Below are positions 1 through 10,826 of a stretch of DNA of 64,000 nucleotides, piece by piece. Position 1 is the stretch's first letter; each line of letters opens with the position of its first letter. The translations under genes were made by a program, and so were the position numbers. The notes below the pieces were generated by a model. The model was not told the origin of the DNA, did no database searches, and saw only the letters and a list, made by a program, of their open reading frames with translations. The DNA is from a virus (Duplodnaviria > Caudoviricetes), in the IMG/VR virus record IMGVR_UViG_3300035501_000471. One strand, 5' to 3'.

Positions 1-3000
1 GACTAATTTTTCGACTATTTTTTCTAAATTAGCTTTTTTTGAGACCTTCCCTCCATTCTTAATATTACAATATCTACTTTTGAGTTTATAAATATGTTTC
101 TTCTTTTTTGATATTCTTTTTTGTAGTGCAATATCATTTTTGAAGGTATTAACAGGACTTACATACTTATTTCTCTTATATATTTTTTCATATTCATCAA
201 ATTTTATAATGTTTTTATATAAATCTTTTATTTTGGTGTTATCATGACTTGATAAATAATAGTCTATTGTAATATATGTTGAAATAATAGATTTTAATAC
301 ATCTTCATATTGTGTCTTTAATGTTTGATATTGGGTTTTTGTTATATACGAGTTTTTATAATTACTTTGTTCATTTAATCTATATTCATAAAATGATATA
401 CCTGTTCTTGTTGGTGTTTCAAAATCATCATACCCACTTGTGTAATTTTTTATTAATTTACTATTATCACAAACTTGAAGTGTATACCAGTCATAATCAT
501 TATCATATTGAACAAGACTTATTACATCATTGTAATAATAATTATAAACATCATATATTTTAGTATCAAATAAATTAACAGTATTATTAACTTTATCAAT
601 TTTATAACATTTATTACCATAACTATTATATAATCCATTATCTGTGTCTAATGATGTATCTTTTAAATATAATAATTGTTCATTAATATATACACTATCA
701 AACTCATCTTCAATCTTATTTATTTTATCGATGTCTTCGATATCTATATACATATCTATATCTTTAGTATTAACTTTGACAAAAGTTGATCTTATAATAT
801 AGTATCCTGAAGGTTTCACTGTTTGTCCGTTATTAATACTTTCTAAATCATAATACTTATTATCATAGTAATAACCAGAAACTTCAAATTTATTTGAAGT
901 TGAATTATATGTTATAACCATTTGTATATCATTAACTACTTTATCAAGTATGATATAAAAATTATTATTATATTCAAATCCGGATCGAGTTTCACACATA
1001 TATACTTGTTGTGTGGTTGAATATTTATACAAAGCATTATAACTCTTTAATCTTGTTTGATATAATGGATTACGAGTATTTGTACTACTATATATACAAT
1101 ATCCTTTTACGAGAGTATTGTATGTTGTATAAAAATAACCTAATATATCTGAATTACCCGTAGATGTATTTTTTTTGAATGAATATACAGGTATGTATAC
1201 ATTATTTGTTGAAAGGTTTTCCTTATTAAAATAATAATGATATGTTGATGAATATATATCGTTATATTTAAAATTTATAAGATATTGATCATCATTTTTA
1301 ATAACATCTACATAACTTGTTTTATCTTCATCAACTCGTATTTTACTTGGATAAAAAGGTAATAGATACCCCTCATCACATACATATGTCCTTTTAACAT
1401 CTTCTACTTTTGTCACATCTATATAATTATATTTACCATCATCAATGACTGTATATATACAATTAGTATTAAGTTTATATATTTGAATACCATTATATAC
1501 AATATATCCATCTTCATCTGATGTATATGTTATTTTATTATCTGTATTAAAATTAATATTAAAAGTAGATATTTTATAAGTTGAGTCACGACCGTATACT
1601 AAATTGATAATTTCATTGTTATATAAAAACTCACAAGTTAGGTTAGGGCGTACATGACTATTAGATGGTTGTTTAGGCCTATAAGTATAAGTTTTACCAT
1701 AAATAACATCACCATTTTGTAAAATCATTATTGCATTTTTATAATAGTTATCATAAAGAGAATCTTCATACTCTACGATATATACATTTCTATCACTATT
1801 TGTTAAAATCTTTGAAACATCAGATAAAAATATATAACAGATATTATCATCAATTTTACATATCTTGTGTTTTGTATAAAAATACGCAATACTTGGTTCC
1901 CATTGTGAACCAACAGATTTGTTTGTTTCGTATTCAGATGCCATACAAGGTTCCTCATCTATATAGTATATTTTATTATTATCTATATAAAATTCATCTG
2001 GTGTTACTGTGTTAAATTCATCATATACACTTTTACCTGTAGATATGGTGTTTACTGTGTTATCACTATTATATGTGATGGTATATTCAATTTCATTATA
2101 TATGAATTTATCACTATAATTAGATTGTATAATATCAAGACACAAAGTAGTCTTATAAAAATGATAGTAGCCTTCATCAAAATATGTTCTTAATAGACAT
2201 AATTCATTTTTAATATTTCTTACTTCACTGTTATTAATATTATACACATATTGTATGTTATATATTGTAGGTTTTGTCTCACTATCATCTGTATCACCAT
2301 CAATAAACCACCATACGATATCACTTATTTTTAGATAACTAAAACCACTTTCTTCACCCTTTATTTTTTTGTATTCAATTCCATCAATCTTTACATTAAA
2401 TTGTCTAGTTACATCATCAAAATACTCATATGTTTTTTTAATATCACCATTATATATATTTTCAAAAATATATGTATCAGTATCACCTTTTGTACTTTCA
2501 ATATATTCTGATGAATCTAGTAATACATAAGTATCTTCAGGTGTATTTTTAACATTTGATGTTATTAGTGATAAATTAGTATCATATAAGTAATTATCCC
2601 ATACAAAATATTCAGTATCATTTCCATATCCATCATGAAACACATATTTTCCTAATTTAGATATATAATCATAATATTTAGAATATAATATCATTTCATT
2701 ATTATATATCATATAATCACTATTTAAATAATATATATATTGATTATTATAATCATATACACCATATGTTTTAATTTTTTCTGAATCATCTATGGTAATA
2801 TAGTTTTCACTTGTATTTCTCTTACCAATTAATTCATAAACAAAATATATTGTACCATTGTTATAGTAAAATGATGTTTCTTCCAATGTGTTTTTTAATG
2901 GATATACATCACCATCATCTACTATCAAGTTATAGTTATCATTATCTAATTTATTTATATAATATGTTTTATCATTAAACTCAAAAGAATTTGATGATAG

Positions 3001-4395
3001 TTCACCACATGATGTCACATGATAATAATATTTGGTAGAGTTATCATTAGATGAAGTCATAAGTATATTAATAACACCATCAACATTTTCACCCTGTCCA
3101 TCTGTATTAATGATAGAAAAAATATTATAAATATTATCTTTATCATCTATATAATATACAACATTGTCATCATTATCTTTAATTATATTTCCTTCAATAG
3201 TGTATACAGTTGAACCATCAAAACTTTTTACTAATCGGTTTGAGTTAAAATCATCAATATATTTACTTAATCCTGTGGATAAGTGTGTTATTGTCTGAAC
3301 AGAATCTGTTGTTTCGGTTATTTCCGATATTTTAACCAAATCATAATACACATTAGACTTGATATCCCTGTTATAATATTCTTCATCATCATTTGTATGA
3401 TATGTATTAATTCTATATCCATCACTGTCAAATATATCACTATTAACTATATAGTCATTACTTTCAGAATACTTATAATGTTCATAAGGTCTAATATCCA
3501 AATTATAACCATATTGTTTTACTAATGTTGAATTTTTATCAGTAAGGTCATATGATGTATAATTACTCTGACTTAATTTGGATTCAAGTTCTTTCTGACA
3601 TTCTTCATAAAAATCTTTTGAATAATCAGTGTTAGCAATACCAAAATATTTTTCTATCTCACTTTCCTCATAGACACTATCAGAAAATGTTGTATTATTA
3701 GTAGAGTTATCTCCATTATTGGATTGTTCATCATCAATACCAAGAAGCATAATACCATCTTTCTTAAATAGTCCGGTTGTTTCATCAATTAATTTATATT
3801 TCAAGAATTCTGAATTTAATGTTGATTTCAAATCGGTAAAAGCTGTCAAACTACCTAATTTAATATTAGTGTCATTCAATAAAGTAAAGTTCTTTTTGAA
3901 GAAACTGTTCTCATCATGGATACCGGATAGTAAACTTCCTGCTGTGTTATCACTGTCTACGATTTTAAAAATTACGAAATTTGTAGGTAACTTTTCTTTT
4001 AGATACAATGGTGCAATACAACCATATTCTTGGTCATATAATTCAGAAATAATGGGTTCTACACCACACCAATAAGTATTTTCATATATATTATCTACAT
4101 TATTACAAGTAGTTGTATCTAATGACTTATGATATGTTTTATATATAGAACTTACTGTACCAGACCAGAAATCTTTAATGTCTTGGTTAAACAATCCATT
4201 ACTTGACACTTTCTTGTGTTTATAATCTAATGTACTCAGATTAGTATCAGCATTATAAGATTCTAAATAAATATTATCACCATCATACATTAGTTTCACA
4301 TTTGTTGTTAATACAGGATTAGTTCTGATTAATGAGAAACTAACATTATCATCTAATTTGGTATAAGTGTTGTTACCACCTAAAACTTTTTTCAT
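1..4395 (-). CDS. Very large putative virion structural protein, 3' part beyond the window (>1465 aa)
   Basis: ATG at 4395 (MKKVLGGNNTYTKLDDNVSFSLIRTNP...). Frame is still open at position 1 (...ANLEKIVEKLV) and no minus-strand ORF is listed in 1-4395, consistent with no in-frame stop. CATAAATA at 4426-4433. Confidence 0.8.
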   Translation of the reverse strand, partial: MKKVLGGNNTYTKLDDNVSFSLIRTNPVLTTNVKLMYDGDNIYLESYNADTNLSTLDYKHKKVSSNGLFNQDIKDFWSGTVSSIYKTYHKSLDTTTCNNVDNIYENTYWCGVEPIISELYDQEYGCIAPLYLKEKLPTNFVIFKIVDSDNTAGSLLSGIHDENSFFKKNFTLLNDTNIKLGSLTAFTDLKSTLNSEFLKYKLIDETTGLFKKDGIMLLGIDDEQSNNGDNSTNNTTFSDSVYEESEIEKYFGIANTDYSKDFYEECQKELESKLSQSNYTSYDLTDKNSTLVKQYGYNLDIRPYEHYKYSESNDYIVNSDIFDSDGYRINTYHTNDDEEYYNRDIKSNVYYDLVKISEITETTDSVQTITHLSTGLSKYIDDFNSNRLVKSFDGSTVYTIEGNIIKDNDDNVVYYIDDKDNIYNIFSIINTDGQGENVDGVINILMTSSNDNSTKYYYHVTSCGELSSNSFEFNDKTYYINKLDNDNYNLIVDDGDVYPLKNTLEETSFYYNNGTIYFVYELIGKRNTSENYITIDDSEKIKTYGVYDYNNQYIYYLNSDYMIYNNEMILYSKYYDYISKLGKYVFHDGYGNDTEYFVWDNYLYDTNLSLITSNVKNTPEDTYVLLDSSEYIESTKGDTDTYIFENIYNGDIKKTYEYFDDVTRQFNVKIDGIEYKKIKGEESGFSYLKISDIVWWFIDGDTDDSETKPTIYNIQYVYNINNSEVRNIKNELCLLRTYFDEGYYHFYKTTLCLDIIQSNYSDKFIYNEIEYTITYNSDNTVNTISTGKSVYDEFNTVTPDEFYIDNNKIYYIDEEPCMASEYETNKSVGSQWEPSIAYFYTKHKICKIDDNICYIFLSDVSKILTNSDRNVYIVEYEDSLYDNYYKNAIMILQNGDVIYGKTYTYRPKQPSNSHVRPNLTCEFLYNNEIINLVYGRDSTYKISTFNINFNTDNKITYTSDEDGYIVYNGIQIYKLNTNCIYTVIDDGKYNYIDVTKVEDVKRTYVCDEGYLLPFYPSKIRVDEDKTSYVDVIKNDDQYLINFKYNDIYSSTYHYYFNKENLSTNNVYIPVYSFKKNTSTGNSDILGYFYTTYNTLVKGYCIYSSTNTRNPLYQTRLKSYNALYKYSTTQQVYMCETRSGFEYNNNFYIILDKVVNDIQMVITYNSTSNKFEVSGYYYDNKYYDLESINNGQTVKPSGYYIIRSTFVKVNTKDIDMYIDIEDIDKINKIEDEFDSVYINEQLLYLKDTSLDTDNGLYNSYGNKCYKIDKVNNTVNLFDTKIYDVYNYYYNDVISLVQYDNDYDWYTLQVCDNSKLIKNYTSGYDDFETPTRTGISFYEYRLNEQSNYKNSYITKTQYQTLKTQYEDVLKSIISTYITIDYYLSSHDNTKIKDLYKNIIKFDEYEKIYKRNKYVSPVNTFKNDIALQKRISKKKKHIYKLKSRYCNIKNGGKVSKKANLEKIVEKLV

Positions 4396-4455
4396 GTAAT
4401 TTCTTTCTTTTTACATCGTATATTTTATTTATGGACAAATAAAAAAGGTCGGACC

Positions 4456-4836
4456 TCACGGTTCAACCTTTCCTTTACTTAAATTGTCTTCTAATTCTTT
4501 ATATAAATCTTCTTCCATTTTTGTGTACATTTTCGTGCGAGAGTTTAATATACGTCTGTCGACTACATTGTTTTTATTATTATATGTCTCACGACATTTT
4601 TCACAAACAAAGTTCTCAATATCTGAGCGTCTAAGACTGGTGTATATTTTCTCACCACAAATTGCACAGTGCCAAACTATCAAATCATAGGTTTTTTCAT
4701 ACTCGTGTCTTTCACAGATTCTATCGAGTAGAGGATCGTATATTAAATTAAGATACTGACAATTTTCAATATTATTTATTACACTACTTGCAAATTTATT
4801 TAGGTCTAACTCATTCACTAAATTAAGGTCTATCAT
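4456..4836 (-). CDS. Zn-ribbon hypothetical protein
   Basis: CAIC...CEKC motifs. Likely start ATG 4836 (MIDLNLVNE) overlaps the upstream TGA (ATGA). Confidence 0.65.
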   Translation of the reverse strand: MIDLNLVNELDLNKFASSVINNIENCQYLNLIYDPLLDRICERHEYEKTYDLIVWHCAICGEKIYTSLRRSDIENFVCEKCRETYNNKNNVVDRRILNSRTKMYTKMEEDLYKELEDNLSKGKVEP

Positions 4837-5258
4837 AAACAACAAAGTAAACTTATTATTATGAAAACCAAAAAAATAGTTGTGAGTCCTAAGAAGAAAG
4901 AAGACTTCAAGGTTACGTATTGTTTGGCTATATCCCACGCAGGGGTTAAAGTAACTAAATATCCATTCTCAAAACTATTTTCATCACCATCTTCTTGTGG
5001 GATAAGTTCATAAGCGAGGATATCCATTACATTCGTTTTTATCAAGACATCTTTGATTTCATCTAATTCTTTCATTAAAAGTTCTTCATCCTCATCAGAA
5101 CCAAGTGGAATTGAGGCATCTCTATTGATAACCTTATACAATCTTCCGAACCAGTCACATTTCAAACCAACACGTTCAAATTCTGTTCGGTTTTCCTTAT
5201 AGACTTTCTTGACTACTCTCCAAACTTTTAATTCTCTGAAATAATTGACTAACCACAT
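4833..5258 (-). CDS. Hypothetical protein with C-terminal transmembrane helix
   Basis: 141-aa ORF with hydrophobic C-terminus; TTTTGTTATCTTTA motif upstream. Confidence 0.7.
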   Translation of the reverse strand: MWLVNYFRELKVWRVVKKVYKENRTEFERVGLKCDWFGRLYKVINRDASIPLGSDEDEELLMKELDEIKDVLIKTNVMDILAYELIPQEDGDENSFENGYLVTLTPAWDIAKQYVTLKSSFFLGLTTIFLVFIIISLLCCL

Positions 5259-5298
5259 TTATATTTATTAATTATCTATGGTAAAGATAACAAAAAAA

Positions 5299-6276
5299 TT
5301 AAAATCTCTTTAATGTGTCATCTTTTAATTCATTAGCTATCTTTTGAATATGGGGGTGTGCATGTTTGTCAGTTCGTCTAAATAAGAAGAATTTCCAGTC
5401 TTCCGGATAAGCACACATCATAAATTCAGTTTTAATATCCAATGGTAATACACCTCTGGCATCCTCTGGTTTCCATCCTTCAACACCAGTCAGATACATA
5501 TAATCATCACTCGCTCCTTGCATAGAATCCTCATAACATACCCAACCTCTATCATGTGTTCTTAAAAATATGAGTTGGTCTTCAAGGGATAGGTCTTTTA
5601 TATAAGAATAATCCTCATTAGTCAGAGAATCAACACACTTAGACCATTCTTCAATAAGACTATAAAACTTTTGAGGAAGTGAAACCAAAATATCATGGTC
5701 AAACTTATCTCTGTTATAGTTGATATATCTGGTTGATTCCTGAGCATATGAAATACCGTACACACCACGATGACGAACTACACTCTGACTACCTACTCTA
5801 TCCATAATAAAACGATAACAGTATCTCTTATGGTGATATTGTGTAGGTTCAGACCAATACTTCAAATCATCTTTCCAGTTCTTGTCAAATCCATTTTTGA
5901 TAGCTTCCTCTGGGTCGGTATAATCACCCTGCATAATTGTTCGATATGTGGTAGTGATATAAACACCCCTCAAATCCATATGGTCATCAAAAGAAACTCG
6001 ACTAAATCTGTCCTTTTGGTATTTTCTCCACCATTCTTTTCCATCAGATATACAACTAACATCCATTATTCCATATAGATAAACTGTACCAAATTCAAGG
6101 ACTGATGTATGTCCATGAGGAATTATGACATTATCTATGATTTTATGTGCAGTTCCCTCTTTGATAAGGTTTTCAGTCTTATAACAAGTTCGGGCGGCGA
6201 GTTCCATTATTCCATACATACCTTCAATTCCGGGTTGTTGTGGAATGAACTCAAAACTATCTGTTACAAATTTCAT
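5299..6276 (-). CDS. thyX: FAD-dependent thymidylate synthase
   Basis: AARTCY, GHTSVLEFG, RHR...SYAQESTRY, PEDARGVLP and HAHPHIQ motifs. Confidence 0.93.
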   Translation of the reverse strand: MKFVTDSFEFIPQQPGIEGMYGIMELAARTCYKTENLIKEGTAHKIIDNVIIPHGHTSVLEFGTVYLYGIMDVSCISDGKEWWRKYQKDRFSRVSFDDHMDLRGVYITTTYRTIMQGDYTDPEEAIKNGFDKNWKDDLKYWSEPTQYHHKRYCYRFIMDRVGSQSVVRHRGVYGISYAQESTRYINYNRDKFDHDILVSLPQKFYSLIEEWSKCVDSLTNEDYSYIKDLSLEDQLIFLRTHDRGWVCYEDSMQGASDDYMYLTGVEGWKPEDARGVLPLDIKTEFMMCAYPEDWKFFLFRRTDKHAHPHIQKIANELKDDTLKRF

Positions 6277-6346
6277 ATTATTTCACTTTAATTACAACTT
6301 AAAGATAACAAAATCTCCATAAATACATATAAAGAAAGGTAGAAAA

Positions 6347-7543
6347 ATGTTTATAATTCCATGTTTTGAGGATTATGTGTTTGAAAAGTCATCTTTAGAT
6401 ATTACAGTTAATAATGAAACAGATAATAATGGAAATATCTTTAAAATTAATATAACTGATGAAGATGGAACACCTAAAACTTATAGTGTTACAAATGATA
6501 AAATAATGTTAATTAAAGATGATAAATCCGAAGAAGAAGTCACCGATGAAACATTAAAGAAAACGATTATCAGAGCCGTACGAAATATTAAAAATGTAAA
6601 AAAAGAAATTAAATATAGTTATGTAGATCGAGTAATTAATGATTGCAGTGATGAACTAGAAGATGAAATGTATGATGACATTGAAACAGGCAAATTGAAT
6701 ACCAATATAACAAATTCATTGAAAAAAATATTAGGAGATAATTTAGAAAATGACTTTGATTGTATGCATCTTAACATTTTACCTAGACCTACTCCAAATG
6801 AAGGTATCAAAATACCAGAAGACTTACAGCAAACACTTGAAAAATGGTTTAAAAAGTCTCTACACACTATTGGTAAGGGTGAATTTTTATTACCTATAAT
6901 TTTTAATGATGTTAAAAAAGTAAATAAAAATGATAAGGGTGATGATATAATTGTTGAAAATGGTGGTGATAATATAAATATAGAAGTAAAAACGGCCGGT
7001 TCTGGATTCAAATTCAAACATGAATATATTGGAACTTCTAATGAAACACCAGAAGAAAAATTGAAAAAAAACTGTTTAAAAAGTTTATTAACTTATGCAA
7101 TAAGTAGAAACTTAAATAAACAAAAATTGTATCTTTTGATATTTGATAACAAATTTAAAGATGGTAAAACATCAAATAAAAACGTAAACACCACAAAAAC
7201 AACAACACAAGAAGATGAAAATAAAAACGGTGATGATAAATTTAATAGTTGTCTTATAATAAATTGTGGTAATACGCGTAGTCCACGTGATAATTATTTT
7301 ATTGAAGAAATTGATAGTGGTGTCCAAACACTTTATAAGAATATCAATACTGAGATAAAAGAATGTAAAAAAAAATATAAAAGTGATCAAACCGATTTTT
7401 TTATAGAATATGATGGTAAGAGTAATACTTTAGTTTTTTATATTGGGAAGGACAAAATCAAAAAAACTAAAGAAAATAAAGATGATGAAGTACATGAAGG
7501 AAATCAACAAGTAAAAAAATATAGAGAGTTTATAAATGATTAA
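6347..7543 (+). CDS. Putative PD-(D/E)xK nuclease-like late protein
   Basis: GKGEFLL...KGDDIIV...IEVKT resembles a restriction-fold active site; CATAAATA at 6318-6325. Confidence 0.5.
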   Translation: MFIIPCFEDYVFEKSSLDITVNNETDNNGNIFKINITDEDGTPKTYSVTNDKIMLIKDDKSEEEVTDETLKKTIIRAVRNIKNVKKEIKYSYVDRVINDCSDELEDEMYDDIETGKLNTNITNSLKKILGDNLENDFDCMHLNILPRPTPNEGIKIPEDLQQTLEKWFKKSLHTIGKGEFLLPIIFNDVKKVNKNDKGDDIIVENGGDNINIEVKTAGSGFKFKHEYIGTSNETPEEKLKKNCLKSLLTYAISRNLNKQKLYLLIFDNKFKDGKTSNKNVNTTKTTTQEDENKNGDDKFNSCLIINCGNTRSPRDNYFIEEIDSGVQTLYKNINTEIKECKKKYKSDQTDFFIEYDGKSNTLVFYIGKDKIKKTKENKDDEVHEGNQQVKKYREFIND

Positions 7544-7572
7544 AGGAGATGGAAAAACCCACCTCCTTTTTT
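7542..7572. terminator. Bidirectional intrinsic terminator
   Basis: aaaggagatgg-aaaaac-ccacctcctttttt between convergent genes. Confidence 0.7.
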
Positions 7573-8912
7573 TATTTTAGTTTTTTCTTCAACTCATTCA
7601 AATCATCAAGATACATTTGTTTTGGATCCTCCTTTGAAATGTCATCTATCTGTTCTTTCTTATCACCAATCTTTTTCAACAATTCTTCATAACGTTCTTT
7701 TGTCAAACTATAAATTGGCATGGTCAACAAATAATTATAACTGTCATCTATCCGGTCAAAATCATGTTCATCTAACCATGAAACAATTACATCTTTTTTA
7801 ACACCATTTACATTCAGTTTCTTGTCTATGATATTCTTGATAAACTTAGCTTTGTTGGTTAGTTCATTTAATTCCTTTTTGTGTTTATCTATCATGTAGT
7901 CTTTTCGTTTCTGATAATAACCTAAACGGAAATTAACAAAATACTCTACAATATCTTCAACACAATCAAAGATTTTTAATTTACCATACTCATCAAGTGT
8001 GGTCAAATTTTCAGTTGAACTTTCATTAATTTTCAAGATGTCATCGAGTTTACCTTTTTCTATCAACTCATGTAAATCATCTTTTTTGAATTTTAATGTA
8101 TAATCAACCCCAGCCGACGAATTGTTATCGTAATCTTTAATGATTTTCTTATCTACTAAAGTGTCAAGATAACTTTCATATTTTTCAAAAGTCCAACTTG
8201 GTGGTAGTTCCGTAATATGTACATCATTCTTATTGACTTCATATTTACCTGTTATAACCCACTTATTTTTATTGTCTTTATCTCTTGTGTATGTACCAGA
8301 AAATTCCAAGAACCAAGGTTTTAATTCCTTCATCTTTTTACCATTCAGGACATCTACACAAGCATTTAGAACATCTTTAGGGTTTCTATTCAATATGTTA
8401 GACGCAAATCCAACCGCAATACCTGATGTACCATTTAATATGATAGTTGGTAAAATAGGTAGGAAGTAAATTGGTTCAACCTCTTGTCCTTCATCATATC
8501 GACTTTCAAGTAATTCAAAATCCTTATACAAGTTTCTAAAATTAGGTGAAAGTCTTGTTGATATGTAACGAGGAGCACCGGCACAGGTTGAACGAAGTGA
8601 ACCATACTGACCAATTCCTTCCAATAGAGGTAATGAGTTCTTAAATGTCTGTCCCATTACTGTGATAACCGCATTGGCCGACTGATCACCATGATGATAA
8701 TATGCATCCGCCGCCATTTGTCCGGATAATTGGAACACCTTCATGGGTTTCTCATTACCTGTTTTCCATATTTTATTAGCGACATATATTACCTTTCTAC
8801 TGGTTGGTTTTAGACCATCAATCACAGAAGGAATGGCTCTGTTCTCAATTACATCTATCGCATACTCTTTCAACTCATTGTTCAAAAAGTCTGTTACATT
8901 TCTTGTTCTCAT
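7572..8912 (-). CDS. Type IIA DNA topoisomerase, GyrA/ParC-like subunit (T4 gp52-like)
   Basis: RAIPSVIDGLKP, YHHGD, GAPRYI (catalytic Tyr), NGTSGIAVGFA. Confidence 0.95.
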   Translation of the reverse strand: MRTRNVTDFLNNELKEYAIDVIENRAIPSVIDGLKPTSRKVIYVANKIWKTGNEKPMKVFQLSGQMAADAYYHHGDQSANAVITVMGQTFKNSLPLLEGIGQYGSLRSTCAGAPRYISTRLSPNFRNLYKDFELLESRYDEGQEVEPIYFLPILPTIILNGTSGIAVGFASNILNRNPKDVLNACVDVLNGKKMKELKPWFLEFSGTYTRDKDNKNKWVITGKYEVNKNDVHITELPPSWTFEKYESYLDTLVDKKIIKDYDNNSSAGVDYTLKFKKDDLHELIEKGKLDDILKINESSTENLTTLDEYGKLKIFDCVEDIVEYFVNFRLGYYQKRKDYMIDKHKKELNELTNKAKFIKNIIDKKLNVNGVKKDVIVSWLDEHDFDRIDDSYNYLLTMPIYSLTKERYEELLKKIGDKKEQIDDISKEDPKQMYLDDLNELKKKLK

Positions 8913-10780
8913 TGTCTTAATTTTTCCTTTCTTTTTCCTGAATCACCACCAAACCAAATATCTAACTCATCTTGGGCAATGTCATCCAACTCATAATAAT
9001 AGATGTTCGGATTTTGAATAATGTCCTTATAATCTTTATCTTCAAGAGCAGAAAGACCTTTATAATATTCTACATTCCATTTTGTCACATCATTTTTTTC
9101 ACACCATTCATCATAATCAGACTTGTAGTAGAATTTAATCTCTTTCTTCCCTTGTTTAACTATCAGAATAGGTGTGTCAATCTTAGCAATACGATGTTCC
9201 TTGAATAACTCTGGCCAATAACAAGCGAAGATATTGACCAACAAAGCTGAAATATTAGAACCATCTGTATCAGCATCTGTCAAGATATTGACAGTATGTA
9301 TTCTGAGATTGTCTTCAAACAATTTTCCATTCCTATACACAAATGGAGATTGACCAAATTTAAGACCCATCGCAGACATTATACCCTGAATTTCCTTATT
9401 TTCCCTAATTTTTTCTTTGGAAGCATCTCTTGTATTGAGGATTTTACCTTTAATAGAAATAAGTGCTTGTGTTTCAGGGTTACGAAATCTACGGAAACCT
9501 GCACTGGCTGAATCACCTTCCGTAATTGAAAGTGAGGTGAGGTGTTTTTTAGAAGTTCCCGCGAATTTACAATCAACCAATTTATCTACTTTAATTTTAG
9601 ACAGGGATTTATTTACTTCACGTTCGGCTTTCTTTTCATCGGCCAATTTTTTCTGGTCTAACCAATCAGTAATAGAGTTAGTTATTTCACTCTTATATAT
9701 CTGATTAAGGAATTTGTCAGTCAGTTTTATCTCTGTTCCAAAATTCTTAATATCAGTAATCAGTTTTTCCTTTGTTTGACTACTAAATTGTGGATTAAAA
9801 ACCGTTGAATTGATAAATAAGAAAATGTGGTTTTTAATCTGACCGGGTAGTATATCTGTTTTATATTTCTTACCTATTTTCTCTCTAAGGAAAGGAGTAA
9901 TTCGATTTAGTATATATTCCAAGTGTGTACCTCCATCATAGGTATATACACAATTCACATAACTAACTTGTTGAAATGAACCTGTGGGACTAACTGATAC
10001 TCCAACTTGCCAATCTTTATTTTCCTCATACAGTAATAATCCATCATCTTCGATATACATTTTACAGTAATCTTGAAATGAATTGATTTGGATTTTTTTA
10101 CCATTATAGAAGATATTTAGATTTGGATTACACCCCGCGATTTCATATACTCGTTTTTCAATCAATTTCAAAACATCATCACCAATTTTATCCATTCCAA
10201 ATCTACTCAGTTCAGGTGTGTAGGTGATACGGGTGTAGTGTTGAATTGTGTTTTTAATCTGAGCCATGGAATGTTTCTTCATGTTGTCATTCCAATACAT
10301 ACTGAATTTCTTTTCTCCATCAGCTGTTTCTACCTCGAATAATGTAGAGAAGATATTTGAAACAACTGAACCGATACCATTAGTTCCCACCCAAGTTCGT
10401 TTTTCAGTGTCATCAAAATTAGAACCTGCTCTGAGTCTTGAAAAACAAACCGCTGGGATATATTCTTTGGTACCTTCCATCAGTTTAACAGGGATACCAC
10501 CATTATCAAAAACAGATATAGTCCCTTCATACTTATCTATATCTACTTTGATAGTGTTTAATTTAGTTCCTGTTCGTTTACTTTCATCAACTGAATTTGA
10601 GATAATTTCATCAAACAATTTAAGGAAACCGGGATTATACTCAACTTCTTTCTGAACGAACTTACCATTCTCCAAAACATACTGGGTACTTTTCTCGGTC
10701 ACAACAGAACCAATATACATACCCGGTCTTTGAAGGATGTGGTCAATTTCACTAAGTATTTTATATTTTCTATTTTCCAT
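8909..10780 (-). CDS. Type IIA DNA topoisomerase, GyrB/ParE-like subunit (T4 gp39+gp60 fused)
   Basis: HILQRPGMYIGS, EIISNSVDE, DNGGIP, GTNGIG, TEGDSA, DADTDG, YYKGL. Confidence 0.95.
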   Translation of the reverse strand: MENRKYKILSEIDHILQRPGMYIGSVVTEKSTQYVLENGKFVQKEVEYNPGFLKLFDEIISNSVDESKRTGTKLNTIKVDIDKYEGTISVFDNGGIPVKLMEGTKEYIPAVCFSRLRAGSNFDDTEKRTWVGTNGIGSVVSNIFSTLFEVETADGEKKFSMYWNDNMKKHSMAQIKNTIQHYTRITYTPELSRFGMDKIGDDVLKLIEKRVYEIAGCNPNLNIFYNGKKIQINSFQDYCKMYIEDDGLLLYEENKDWQVGVSVSPTGSFQQVSYVNCVYTYDGGTHLEYILNRITPFLREKIGKKYKTDILPGQIKNHIFLFINSTVFNPQFSSQTKEKLITDIKNFGTEIKLTDKFLNQIYKSEITNSITDWLDQKKLADEKKAEREVNKSLSKIKVDKLVDCKFAGTSKKHLTSLSITEGDSASAGFRRFRNPETQALISIKGKILNTRDASKEKIRENKEIQGIMSAMGLKFGQSPFVYRNGKLFEDNLRIHTVNILTDADTDGSNISALLVNIFACYWPELFKEHRIAKIDTPILIVKQGKKEIKFYYKSDYDEWCEKNDVTKWNVEYYKGLSALEDKDYKDIIQNPNIYYYELDDIAQDELDIWFGGDSGKRKEKLRQ

Positions 10781-10784
10781 AACT

Positions 10785-10798
10785 TAAACATAACAAAA
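10785..10798 (-). promoter_or_regulatory. Early/middle promoter-like motif TTTTGTTATNTTTA (representative of 12 copies)
   Basis: Also at 5282, 6300, 13500, 15003, 15059(+), 21587, 26677, 29469, 39814, 50493 and 52757, upstream of non-structural genes. Confidence 0.8.
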
Positions 10799-10824
10799 GA
10801 TGTGGCTTGAATGACCACATCTTT
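10796..10824 (-). terminator. Intrinsic terminator abutting the promoter-like motif
   Basis: aaagatgtgg...ccacatcttt inverted repeat. Confidence 0.6.
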
Positions 10825-10826
10825 AC

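Noticed and set aside
312-4075. Plus-strand ORFs at the left end
   Set aside because: Antisense shadows of the giant minus-strand ORF, mostly with non-ATG starts.
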